Source: Pseudomonas aeruginosa (GTDB lineage: Bacteria > Pseudomonadota > Gammaproteobacteria > Pseudomonadales > Pseudomonadaceae). From it: DNA of 32,000 nt. Below are positions 19,370 to 27,494 of the stretch, one piece after another; position 1 is the first letter of the stretch, and each line of letters opens with the position of its first letter. Location: contig NZ_LN831024.1 in the NCBI RefSeq assembly GCF_001457615.1, positions 2,610,001 to 2,642,000 on the forward strand. Direction: 5' to 3'. Below the pieces are notes generated by a model. That model had not been told where the DNA came from. It made no database searches and saw only the letters and a list, made by a program, of their open reading frames with translations. The position numbers and the translations under genes were made by a program.

Positions 19370-20305
19370 ATGAACGAACAGACCTGGATGCTCTTCGGCG
19401 GGATCGGCGCGCTGCTGCTGCTCGCCTCGCTGGTCGGCTTCGTCCTCAAGTGGCGCGCCGGTCCCGGCCCGAACGCGGTGATCGACAACCTGAACGCACG
19501 GATCAACGCCTGGTGGGCGATGGTCCTGGTGATCGGTTTCGCCTTCTGGCTTGGCCAGGCGGCGGTGATCCTGCTGTTCTATGGCGTGTCGTTCTACGCC
19601 CTGCGCGAGTTCATCACCCTCACCCCGACCCGGCGCAGCGACTACCCGGCGCTGGTGGCGGCGTTCTACTTCGTGCTGCCGATGCAGTACCTGCTGATCT
19701 ACATCGACTGGTACAGCATGTTCTCGATCTTCATCCCGGTGTACGTGTTCCTGCTGTTGCCGATCCTCGCCTCGCTGGGCGGCGACACCAAGCACTTCCT
19801 CGAACGCGCCTCGAAAGTGCAGTGGGGCCTGATGCTGGCGGTGTTCTGTATCTCCTTCGTGCCGGCGCTGCTGACCCTCGACATCCCCGGCTTCGAGGGG
19901 CGCAACCTGCTGCTGATCGCCTACCTGGTGATCGTCGTGCAGCTCTCCGACGTGATGCAGTACATCTGCGGCAAGCTGTTCGGCAAGCGCAAGATCGCTC
20001 CCAACCTGTCGCCGTCGAAGACCGTCGAAGGCTTCGTCGGCGGCATCGCCCTGGCCACCGCCATCGGCGCCTCGCTGTGGTGGATCACCCCGTTCAACCT
20101 CTGGCAGGCGGCGCTGATCGCGCTGCTGATCAACCTGCTGGGCTTCTTCGGCGGCCTGGTGATGTCGGCGATCAAGCGCGACCGTGGGGTCAAGGACTGG
20201 GGGCACATGATCGAAGGCCACGGTGGCATGCTCGACCGCCTGGACTCGGTGTGCTTCGCCGCGCCGATCTTCTTCCACGTGGTGCGCTACTGGTGGACGC
20301 CCTGA
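19370..20305 (+). CDS. Phosphatidate cytidylyltransferase (CdsA-like; YnbB-like)
   Basis: 311 aa polytopic protein. Contains LSPSKTVEGFVGG and the CdsA signature SAIKRDRGVKDWGHMIEGHGGMLDRLDS. Preceded by a strong GAGGAGG Shine-Dalgarno. Confidence 0.93.
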   Translation: MNEQTWMLFGGIGALLLLASLVGFVLKWRAGPGPNAVIDNLNARINAWWAMVLVIGFAFWLGQAAVILLFYGVSFYALREFITLTPTRRSDYPALVAAFYFVLPMQYLLIYIDWYSMFSIFIPVYVFLLLPILASLGGDTKHFLERASKVQWGLMLAVFCISFVPALLTLDIPGFEGRNLLLIAYLVIVVQLSDVMQYICGKLFGKRKIAPNLSPSKTVEGFVGGIALATAIGASLWWITPFNLWQAALIALLINLLGFFGGLVMSAIKRDRGVKDWGHMIEGHGGMLDRLDSVCFAAPIFFHVVRYWWTP

Positions 20306-20410
20306 GGTTCGCCTGGCGCCGAGGGGAGCGGGGCGGTTGCCGATGGCGGCCGCCCCCTCGTCGTTTTCCCGCCGTGTAGGCAGCCAGGAAATTGCGAGCG
20401 ATAGAGACCC

Positions 20411-20491
20411 GTAGGGCGGATACCACCACAGGCGGTATCCGCCGAAACCCCGGATAAGCGGCGGATAACCGCAAGCGGTGATTCGCCCTAC
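20411..20491. repeat. 81-bp palindromic intergenic element with 8-bp terminal inverted repeats
   Basis: Ends GTAGGGCG (20411-20418) / CGCCCTAC (20484-20491). An internal perfect 10-bp hairpin ggcggatacc (20415-20424) / ggtatccgcc (20434-20443) is followed by a second, imperfect hairpin. Confidence 0.6.
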
Positions 20492-20535
20492 AACCAGGCT
20501 CCGGCATACGGGGACGTGACCGCAGCTTCACTGTC

Positions 20536-21531
20536 TCAGAGATTGACCAGGCGCATGCCTTCCTCGCTATAGCGACTGCCGGCGACCGCCTCGGCGGGGA
20601 AGATCGCATCCAGCTCGGCCAGTTCCGCCGCGCTCAGGCGCAATTCCGTCGCGGCGACGTTCTCCTCCAGGTAGCGCCGCTGCTTGGTGCCGGGAATCGG
20701 GATCAGGTCATCGCCCTGCGCCAGCACCCAGGCCAGCGCCAGTTGCGAGGGTTTCACGCCCTTGGCCGCGGCCAGTTCGCCGACCTTGTCCACCAGCTTC
20801 AGGTTCTTCGCGAAGTTCTCGCCCTGGAAGCGCGGGCTGAAACGACGGTAGTCGTCGGCGGCGAAGTCTTCCGGGCGCTTCAGGGTGCCGGTAAGGAAAC
20901 CTCGGCCCAGCGGGCTGTAGGGGACGAAGGCGATGCCCAGGCGACGGCAGGCGGCGAGCACCCCGGTGTCCTCCGGATCGCGAGTCCACAGCGAGTACTC
21001 GCTCTGCAACGCGCTGATCGGGTGCACCCGGTGGGCACGCTCGAGGGTTTCCGCCGAGGCTTCGCTGAGACCGATGTGGCGGATCTTGCCGGCCTTCACC
21101 AGGTCGGCGAGGGCGCCGACGCTGTCCTCGATGGGTACCTGCGGGTCCATGCGGTGCTGATAGTACAGGTCCAGGCGGTCGGTACCGAGGCGCTTCAGGC
21201 TGCCTTCGATGGCGCGGCGGATGTACGCCGGGCTGCCGTCGACGCCGCGCGCCCGGGGATTGGCAGGGTCGCGGACGATGCCGAACTTGCTGGCCAGGAA
21301 CACCTGCTCGCGTTTGCCGCGCAGGGCCTCGCCGAGCAGTTCCTCGTTACTGTGCGGGCCGTACATGTCGGCGGTATCGAAGAAGTTCAGCCCGAGTTCC
21401 ACGGCGCGATGCAGGGTGGCGATGGCCTCCTGGCGGTCGCCGCCGGTGGTGTAGAAGTCGGTCATGCCCATGCAGCCGAGGCCGATGGCGGAGACGGATG
21501 GGCCGTTGTGGCCGAGTTGACGGGTTTTCAT
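20536..21531 (-). CDS. Aldo/keto reductase
   Basis: [27 protein letters not shown]...[27 protein letters not shown]...[21 protein letters not shown]...[38 protein letters not shown] is an AKR signature series. Confidence 0.94.
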   Translation of the reverse strand: MKTRQLGHNGPSVSAIGLGCMGMTDFYTTGGDRQEAIATLHRAVELGLNFFDTADMYGPHSNEELLGEALRGKREQVFLASKFGIVRDPANPRARGVDGSPAYIRRAIEGSLKRLGTDRLDLYYQHRMDPQVPIEDSVGALADLVKAGKIRHIGLSEASAETLERAHRVHPISALQSEYSLWTRDPEDTGVLAACRRLGIAFVPYSPLGRGFLTGTLKRPEDFAADDYRRFSPRFQGENFAKNLKLVDKVGELAAAKGVKPSQLALAWVLAQGDDLIPIPGTKQRRYLEENVAATELRLSAAELAELDAIFPAEAVAGSRYSEEGMRLVNL

Positions 21532-21649
21532 GTGTCGAGCCTCGCGGGAGGGAAGGAAAACGTCGTCATTCTTCGCTCTGCATTGGTCTGGATAAAGCCC
21601 ATAATTACGGTTTTACCATTCGTATTTTCCAAATAATCGAGGGTGTCCG

Positions 21650-22561
21650 ATGGATCGTTTCCAGGCCATGCAGGCCTTCACCCGCATCGTCGAGCTGGGC
21701 GCCTTCGGCAAGGCCGCGGACAGCCTGGAGCTGCCGCGCGCCAGCGTGACCCAGGCGATCCAGCAACTGGAGGCGCACCTTGGCGTGCAGTTGCTGCAGC
21801 GCACCACCCGCCAGGTCAGCCTGACCCTCGACGGGCAGGCCTACTACGAGCGTTGCGTGCGCCTGCTGGCGGACCTGGAGGAGGCGGAAAGCTGCTTTCC
21901 ACGCGTCCTGAACAACCCGCGCGGGCGCTTGCGGGTCGACCTGCCGGGCGCACTGGGGCGGATGCGGGTGATTCCGTTCCTGCCGGAGTTCTGCGAGCGC
22001 TACCCGGAACTGGAGCTGCAGTTGAGCAGCAACGATCGCCTGGTCGACCTGCTGCGCGAGGGCGCGGACTGCGTGCTGCGGGTCGGCGAGCTGCACGATT
22101 CCAGCCTGGTCGGCCGGCACCTGGCCGACCTGCCGCAGGTGACCTGCGCCAGCGCCGCCTACCTGGAGCGTCATGGCCATCCGCGGCAGCTCGCCGAGCT
22201 CGGCGGGCACCTCGCGGTGAACTACCAGTCGCCTTCCAGCGGGCGTACCTTCGACTTCGAGTTCAGCGTCGACGGGCGTCTGCGCACGTTGCCGATGCGC
22301 AGCCGGGTCAGCGTCAACAACGCCGATGCCTACGTCGCCGCCTGCCGGGCCGGGCTCGGGCTGATCCAGGCGCCGCACTATCACGTCGCCGCCGGTCTGG
22401 CCGACGGTAGCCTCCGACAAGTGCTCGGAGAATGGTTGCCGCCACCGCTGCCGCTGCATGCCGTGTATCCCTCGCAGCGCCAGTTGTCGCCGCGGGTGAG
22501 GGTGTTCGTCGACTGGCTGGTGGAACTGTTCGGTCGCCAGGCGGCCGGCGAGACGCAATGA
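21650..22561 (+). CDS. LysR-family transcriptional regulator
   Basis: MDRFQAMQAFTRIVELGAFGKAADSLELPRASVTQAIQQLEAHLGVQLLQRTTRQVSLTLDGQAYYERC is a LysR HTH; divergent from the aldo/keto reductase. Confidence 0.94.
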   Translation: MDRFQAMQAFTRIVELGAFGKAADSLELPRASVTQAIQQLEAHLGVQLLQRTTRQVSLTLDGQAYYERCVRLLADLEEAESCFPRVLNNPRGRLRVDLPGALGRMRVIPFLPEFCERYPELELQLSSNDRLVDLLREGADCVLRVGELHDSSLVGRHLADLPQVTCASAAYLERHGHPRQLAELGGHLAVNYQSPSSGRTFDFEFSVDGRLRTLPMRSRVSVNNADAYVAACRAGLGLIQAPHYHVAAGLADGSLRQVLGEWLPPPLPLHAVYPSQRQLSPRVRVFVDWLVELFGRQAAGETQ

Positions 22562-22716
22562 GACGCAGGCTTTCCGGGCGAAGATTTTTCTCGATTTCGC
22601 CGAGAGAACCTCGTTAGGATCGGCAGCCTTGGCCTGTCGAGCAGGGATGTTCGTCCGAGTTCCGGATGCCCGCTGCCGCCAGGCCGCATTCATTCGAACA
22701 AGAATAAGGATCGCTG

Positions 22717-24066
22717 ATGGAAAGCTTGCAGAAGTGGGTGGTCGACCTGAACGGCGTGGTCTGGGGGCCGTTGATGCTGGTGCTGATTCTCGGCACCGGC
22801 CTGTACCTGATGCTGGGGTTGAAGTTCATGCCCCTGGTGCGCCTGGGAGTCGGCTTTCGCCTGCTCTGGCAGGGGCGTAGCAAGGATGACGAGAGCAGCG
22901 GCGAGATCAGCCCGTTCCAGGCGCTGATGACCTGCCTGGCGGCCACCGTCGGTACCGGCAACATCGCCGGGGTGGCCACGGCGATCTTCCTCGGCGGCCC
23001 GGGCGCGCTGTTCTGGATGTGGTGCACCGCGCTGGTGGGAATGGCCACCAAGTTCTCCGAAGTGGTGCTGGCGGTGCACTACCGCGAGAAGGATGAGCGC
23101 AACGAACACGTCGGCGGTCCGATGTATGCCATCAAGAACGGTCTGGGCAAGCGCTGGGCCTGGCTCGGCGCGGCCTTCGCGCTGTTCGGCGGGCTCGCCG
23201 GCTTCGGTATCGGCAACATGGTCCAGGTCAACAGCATGGCCGATGCCCTGGAGGTTTCCTTCGGCGTGCCCGACTGGGTCACCGGGGTCGCCACCATGCT
23301 CGTCACCGGGCTGGTGATCCTTGGCGGCATCCGCCGTATCGGCAAGGTCGCCGAAGCCCTGGTGCCCTTCATGTGCGTCGGCTACATCGTCGCCTCGGTG
23401 ATCGTCCTGGTGGTCCATGCCGAGGCGATTCCCGGCGCGTTCCAACTGATCTTCACCCACGCCTTCACGCCGATCGCCGCCACCGGCGGCTTCGCCGGCG
23501 CAGCGGTGATGGCGGCAATCCGTTTCGGCGTCGCACGCGGGATCTTCTCCAACGAGGCCGGCCTCGGCACCGCCGGCATCGCCCAGGCCGCCGGCACGAC
23601 CCATAGCGCGGTGCGTTCGGGCCTGATCGGTATGCTCGGCACCTTCATCGATACCCTGATCATCTGCAGCCTGACCGGCCTGGCGATCATCACCTCGGGC
23701 GTCTGGACCAGCGGCGCCAGCGGCGCGGCGCTGTCCTCGGCGGCGTTCGAGGCGGCGATGCCGGGCGTCGGCCACTACATCCTGTCGCTGGCCCTGGTGG
23801 TGTTCGCCTATACCACCATCCTCGGCTGGAGCTACTACGGCGAGCGCTGCTGGGAGTACCTGGCGGGCACCCGGGCGATCCTGCCGTTCCGGATCGTCTG
23901 GACCCTGGCGATTCCGTTCGGCGCCATGACCCAGCTGGACTTCGCCTGGCTGGTGGCGGATACCCTCAACGCGCTGATGGCGATTCCCAACCTGATCGCC
24001 TTGCTGCTGCTGAGTCCGGTGGTGTTCCGCCTGACCCGGGAGTATTTCGCCAAGGCCAGGAGTTGA
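22717..24066 (+). CDS. AGCS family sodium:alanine (amino acid) symporter
   Basis: LNGVVWGPLMLVLILGTGLYLMLGLKFMPL...LMTCLAATVGTGNIAGVATAIFLGGPGALFWMWCTALVGMATKFSEVVLAVHYR...IFSNEAGLGTAGIAQAAGTT matches AGCS motifs. Confidence 0.94.
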   Translation: MESLQKWVVDLNGVVWGPLMLVLILGTGLYLMLGLKFMPLVRLGVGFRLLWQGRSKDDESSGEISPFQALMTCLAATVGTGNIAGVATAIFLGGPGALFWMWCTALVGMATKFSEVVLAVHYREKDERNEHVGGPMYAIKNGLGKRWAWLGAAFALFGGLAGFGIGNMVQVNSMADALEVSFGVPDWVTGVATMLVTGLVILGGIRRIGKVAEALVPFMCVGYIVASVIVLVVHAEAIPGAFQLIFTHAFTPIAATGGFAGAAVMAAIRFGVARGIFSNEAGLGTAGIAQAAGTTHSAVRSGLIGMLGTFIDTLIICSLTGLAIITSGVWTSGASGAALSSAAFEAAMPGVGHYILSLALVVFAYTTILGWSYYGERCWEYLAGTRAILPFRIVWTLAIPFGAMTQLDFAWLVADTLNALMAIPNLIALLLLSPVVFRLTREYFAKARS

Positions 24067-24090
24067 GCCTCGGGGGACGGCGACGCTCAA

Positions 24091-24111
24091 ACCCGAGGTT
24101 TTCGCTCGGGT
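24091..24111 (+). terminator. Short hairpin after the symporter gene (possible terminator)
   Basis: acccgag-gttttcg-ctcgggt has 7-bp perfect arms but no U-tract. Confidence 0.35.
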
Positions 24112-24149
24112 AAAGCGTGCTAGCATCGTCGCCGGCCCCGAATGCTTCC

Positions 24150-24173
24150 GCCGCCGGCCACAGGGCCGGCGGC
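24150..24173 (+). promoter_or_regulatory. Strong hairpin in the probable 5' leader of tpx
   Basis: gccgccggcc-acag-ggccggcggc is a perfect 10-bp GC stem ending 27 nt before the tpx ATG. Confidence 0.45.
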
Positions 24174-24200
24174 TTCTCACTGACTAGAAGGATCAACGCA

Positions 24201-24698
24201 ATGGCTCAAGTGACTCTCAAGGGCAACCCGGTCAACGTCGATGGCCAGCTCCCGCAGAAAGGCGCCCAGGCTCCGGCCTTCAGCCTGGTCGGCGGCGACC
24301 TCGCCGACGTGACCCTGGAAAACTTCGCCGGCAAGCGCAAGGTGCTGAACATCTTCCCCAGCGTCGACACCCCGACCTGCGCCACCTCGGTGCGCAAGTT
24401 CAACGTCGAGGCCGGCAAGCTGGCCAACACCGTGGTGCTGTGCATCTCCGCCGACCTGCCGTTCGCGCAGAAGCGCTTCTGCGGCGCGGAAGGCCTGGAG
24501 AACGTAGTCAACCTGTCGACCCTGCGCGGTCGCGAGTTCCTCGAGAACTATGGCGTGGCCATCGCCAGCGGCCCGCTGGCCGGCCTGGCCGCGCGCGCCG
24601 TGGTGGTGCTCGACGAGCAGAACAAGGTGCTGCACAGCGAACTGGTCGGCGAAATCGCCGACGAGCCGAACTACGCGGCGGCCCTGGCGGCTCTCTGA
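24201..24698 (+). CDS. tpx: Thiol peroxidase
   Basis: [68 protein letters not shown]...[21 protein letters not shown] matches Tpx with peroxidatic (PTCATS) and resolving (FC) cysteines. Confidence 0.96.
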   Translation: MAQVTLKGNPVNVDGQLPQKGAQAPAFSLVGGDLADVTLENFAGKRKVLNIFPSVDTPTCATSVRKFNVEAGKLANTVVLCISADLPFAQKRFCGAEGLENVVNLSTLRGREFLENYGVAIASGPLAGLAARAVVVLDEQNKVLHSELVGEIADEPNYAAALAAL

Positions 24699-24847
24699 GC
24701 CCCACGGCCAACCCGCTTCGTCCCATGACTGTCAGCCAGGCTGGCTGGTAACGGGCGAACCCGAATCCCTTGGCTGCTCGCCTCGGGCCATGAGCAGGGC
24801 GGATAATCGCGGCGCGGTCATCCGCCCTGCGTCGCAGAGACGCAGCG

Positions 24848-25972
24848 CTAGCGCATGGCGACCTGGTGGCGCCGGCTGACGCTGGCGAAGGCGCTCCGGA
24901 ACGCCTGCATCTCTTCCTCGCTGCCTACCGTCACGCGGACCCAGTTGGGCCAGGAGGCCCACGGGCGGCCGACGTGCACCCGCTGTTTCTCCAGTTCGGC
25001 GATGACCAGCTCGGCGGGACGGCGCATATCCACCATGAAACAGTTGGACTGTGAGGCGGTGCAGCGGAAGCCCTGCTGGCGCAGCCAGGCGATGGTGCGC
25101 TCGCGGACCTCTGCGTTCTGCTGCTTGCGCCGTGGCACCAGGTCGTCGTCACGCAGGCTTTCCAGCCCGGCGTGGGCGGTTGGCGAGGGCACCACGTTGT
25201 GGCCGCCGAAGCGCTCCAGCCGCGCCAGCAGCTGCGGATGCCCGATGGCCAGGCCGAGCCGGGCGCCGGCCATCCCGTAGAGTTTCGAGAAGGTACGCAG
25301 GACCAGCACATCCTGGCGCTGGACGGCCAGGCCAACGACGCTGGGTGCGTCGGAAAAATGGATATACGCCTCGTCGACCAGCACCACGCTGCGCTCGGGC
25401 TTGCGTTCGATCGCCCTGACGATCCGCTCGTGCGGGGTGAGGGTGCCGGTCGGGTTGTTCGGGTTGCAGATATAGATCAGCCCGGCGTCGCGTTGCGCGG
25501 CGGCGAGCATGCGCTCGATGTCGTGGGCCGCCTCGGCGTCCAGCGGCACGGCAGCGACCTTCGCCCCTTGGGCCTGGGCGGCGCCAACCACGGAGTCGTA
25601 GGAGGGATCGGCGATGACCAGGCCGCGCTCCTTGCCGGTGAACGCCGCGACGGCGTATTGCAGCGGCTGGCGCGAGCCGCAGTAGGCGTGCACGCATTCG
25701 GCGGGGATGCCGTTCTGCTTGGCGAACAGGCCGACCAGGGCGTCCTGCGCGTCGTAGTCGTAGCGACCGCAGAGCGCGGCCGCCCGCTGCATGGCGGCCC
25801 TGGCCTTGGCGGAGGGGCCGTAGGGGCTTTCGTTGAAATCCAGGAAGGTCTCTTGCGGCTTGCCGGCGGCGCTTGTCGCGCCGCTCCCGGCGAAGGCTCG
25901 CGGGCTCAGCAGGATGCTGCTGGAGGCCAGGGCGGTCAGGGTCACGAACGAACGACGACTCAAAGCGGGCAT
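24848..25972 (-). CDS. Class I/II PLP-dependent aminotransferase (histidinol-phosphate aminotransferase-like) with Tat signal
   Basis: MPALSRRSFVTLTALASSSILLSPRAFAGSG is a twin-arginine leader with an AxA-type cleavage site. Then FNESPYGPSAKARAAM, IYICNPNNPTGTL, VLVDEAYIHF and LRTFSKLYGMAGARLGLAIG (PLP lysine region). Confidence 0.9.
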   Translation of the reverse strand: MPALSRRSFVTLTALASSSILLSPRAFAGSGATSAAGKPQETFLDFNESPYGPSAKARAAMQRAAALCGRYDYDAQDALVGLFAKQNGIPAECVHAYCGSRQPLQYAVAAFTGKERGLVIADPSYDSVVGAAQAQGAKVAAVPLDAEAAHDIERMLAAAQRDAGLIYICNPNNPTGTLTPHERIVRAIERKPERSVVLVDEAYIHFSDAPSVVGLAVQRQDVLVLRTFSKLYGMAGARLGLAIGHPQLLARLERFGGHNVVPSPTAHAGLESLRDDDLVPRRKQQNAEVRERTIAWLRQQGFRCTASQSNCFMVDMRRPAELVIAELEKQRVHVGRPWASWPNWVRVTVGSEEEMQAFRSAFASVSRRHQVAMR

Positions 25973-26168
25973 AGCTTCACCTCCGTGTACCGAATGGGAT
26001 ATGCGTGCGGTGGGTTCCTCTCGGGCGTGTGTCACCAGAGTGGATAACGAGGAGGGAGTCGGTCCGTTTATGGTGGCGTGATAATGGCGCCGGAATATCG
26101 GCGGGGGATCTTCGGATTGCGCACCAGGCGCCCCCCGGCGGCTCGCCGCCCGGGAGCGCCGCGCGGGC

Positions 26169-27494
26169 TCAGAGCGTGAGGGTGAAGCGCCCGGTCAGCG
26201 CGCCCGGCAGGTGCGTCGAGTCGGTCTGGCGTTCGCCGTAGGTATTGCTGGACAGGCGCAGTTCGCGCTCGTGGCTGAGGTCTTCCAGGTGGGCGCCGAG
26301 GAAGCTGTACAGGCTGTCGTCGAAGCGCATGGTGCTGACCGGTGCCCGGATCTGGCCGTTCTCCACCCAGAAGGTGGCGAAGCGGGTCATTCCGGTCAGG
26401 CGCGCGGCGGGCATGTCCGAGTAGTTCAGGTACCACAGGTTGCCGATGTACAGGCCGGTATCCAGGGCCTCGAGGATGCGCGCCTGCTCCAGGCTGCCGC
26501 CGGCCATGTCCAGCGCCGTGGGCGCCTCGTTGGCGCCGGCGCCATTGGCTACCAGGCCGTATTCGCGGGCGCTGCGCGAACTCACCAGGCGTCCGCTCAG
26601 GCGGCCGTTGCCGACCAGTTCGACCTCGGCGCGCGGCGAGCCTTCCGCGCTGAATGCCGGGGAGGGCGAGGTGGCAGGGCGCTCGGCGAGGTTCAGCAGC
26701 GGGCTGAGCAGGGCGTCGCCGTTCTGCAGGCGTTGCAGGGGGCTTTCGCCGGTAGCCAGGGCGCGCGCGGAGAAACCGCCCCAGCAGAGCATCTGCATGA
26801 CTTCCTCGAGCGCCGCCGGCGCCAGGTAGGCGCGATAGTCGCCGGGGCGCAACTGGCGCAGCGGCTTGCCCAGGTGGCCGAGCTGCTCCCGGGCCTGTTC
26901 GAAGCGCCGGGCGAAGGCTTCGTCGTCCCAGCGCTGGCCGGCGTAGTCGGCCTTCACCGCCTGGCCGTTGCCATGGAACAGGCTCCAGTCGAAGTTGAAG
27001 CTGCTGCCGGCATGCCAGCCGAAGGCGCCCCAGGAGTTGGCGAAGCCACGGAACAGCGGTCCGGCGGCATAGATGCCGACCAGGTCGAGGTCGCGCGCCC
27101 GGCGTTCGAGGCTGGCCAGCAGCGCGCCGCTGTCGGGCGCTGCGCCGAGGTCCTGGTTCTCTCGCTGCCAGGCCGAGGTGTCGAGCAGCAGATAGGGATC
27201 GGCGGGAATCCAGGCCAGGCTCTGGCGCAGTTGCCGAAGGCCTTCGACCAGACGCTGGCGGTCTTCTTCCGGCGCGCCGGAGAGCGTCAGGTCGAGGCTC
27301 GCCTGGCGTTCGTCGCGGATCAGCCGGAGCAGCGCGCTGGCCTGGCGCACCCGACCGGCCTGGCGCACCCGCGCCCGGTTGAAGCGGATGAACTCGGAGT
27401 CCTCGGCGCTGTACCAGAGGGTGAAGTCCTCGCCCTCGGCCAGGTGTCGGCGCAGGTCCTCGGCGAGGGCTTCGAAATGCTGTCTCTGGTGCAT
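26169..27494 (-). CDS. TldD/PmbA family protein, TldE-like partner (no HExxxH)
   Basis: 441 aa starting MHQRQHFEALAEDLRRHLAEGEDFTLWYSAEDSEFIRFNRARVRQAG, with AVTG-type C-terminal region GLYIGNLWYLNYSDMPAARLTGMTRFATFWVENGQIRAPVSTMRFDDSLYSFLG. Its ATG overlaps the stop of the upstream TldD-like gene. Confidence 0.87.
   Translation of the reverse strand: MHQRQHFEALAEDLRRHLAEGEDFTLWYSAEDSEFIRFNRARVRQAGRVRQASALLRLIRDERQASLDLTLSGAPEEDRQRLVEGLRQLRQSLAWIPADPYLLLDTSAWQRENQDLGAAPDSGALLASLERRARDLDLVGIYAAGPLFRGFANSWGAFGWHAGSSFNFDWSLFHGNGQAVKADYAGQRWDDEAFARRFEQAREQLGHLGKPLRQLRPGDYRAYLAPAALEEVMQMLCWGGFSARALATGESPLQRLQNGDALLSPLLNLAERPATSPSPAFSAEGSPRAEVELVGNGRLSGRLVSSRSAREYGLVANGAGANEAPTALDMAGGSLEQARILEALDTGLYIGNLWYLNYSDMPAARLTGMTRFATFWVENGQIRAPVSTMRFDDSLYSFLGAHLEDLSHERELRLSSNTYGERQTDSTHLPGALTGRFTLTL

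Noticed and set aside
22690-24180. 496-aa minus-strand ORF opposite the symporter
   Set aside because: Antisense shadow of a conserved AGCS transporter with His/Asp/Gly-rich composition.
26127-26160. GC-rich imperfect inverted repeat between the aminotransferase and TldE-like genes
   Set aside because: The arms contain two mismatches and there is no U-tract. The background here is so GC-rich that such stems are expected by chance, so I could not support a terminator call.
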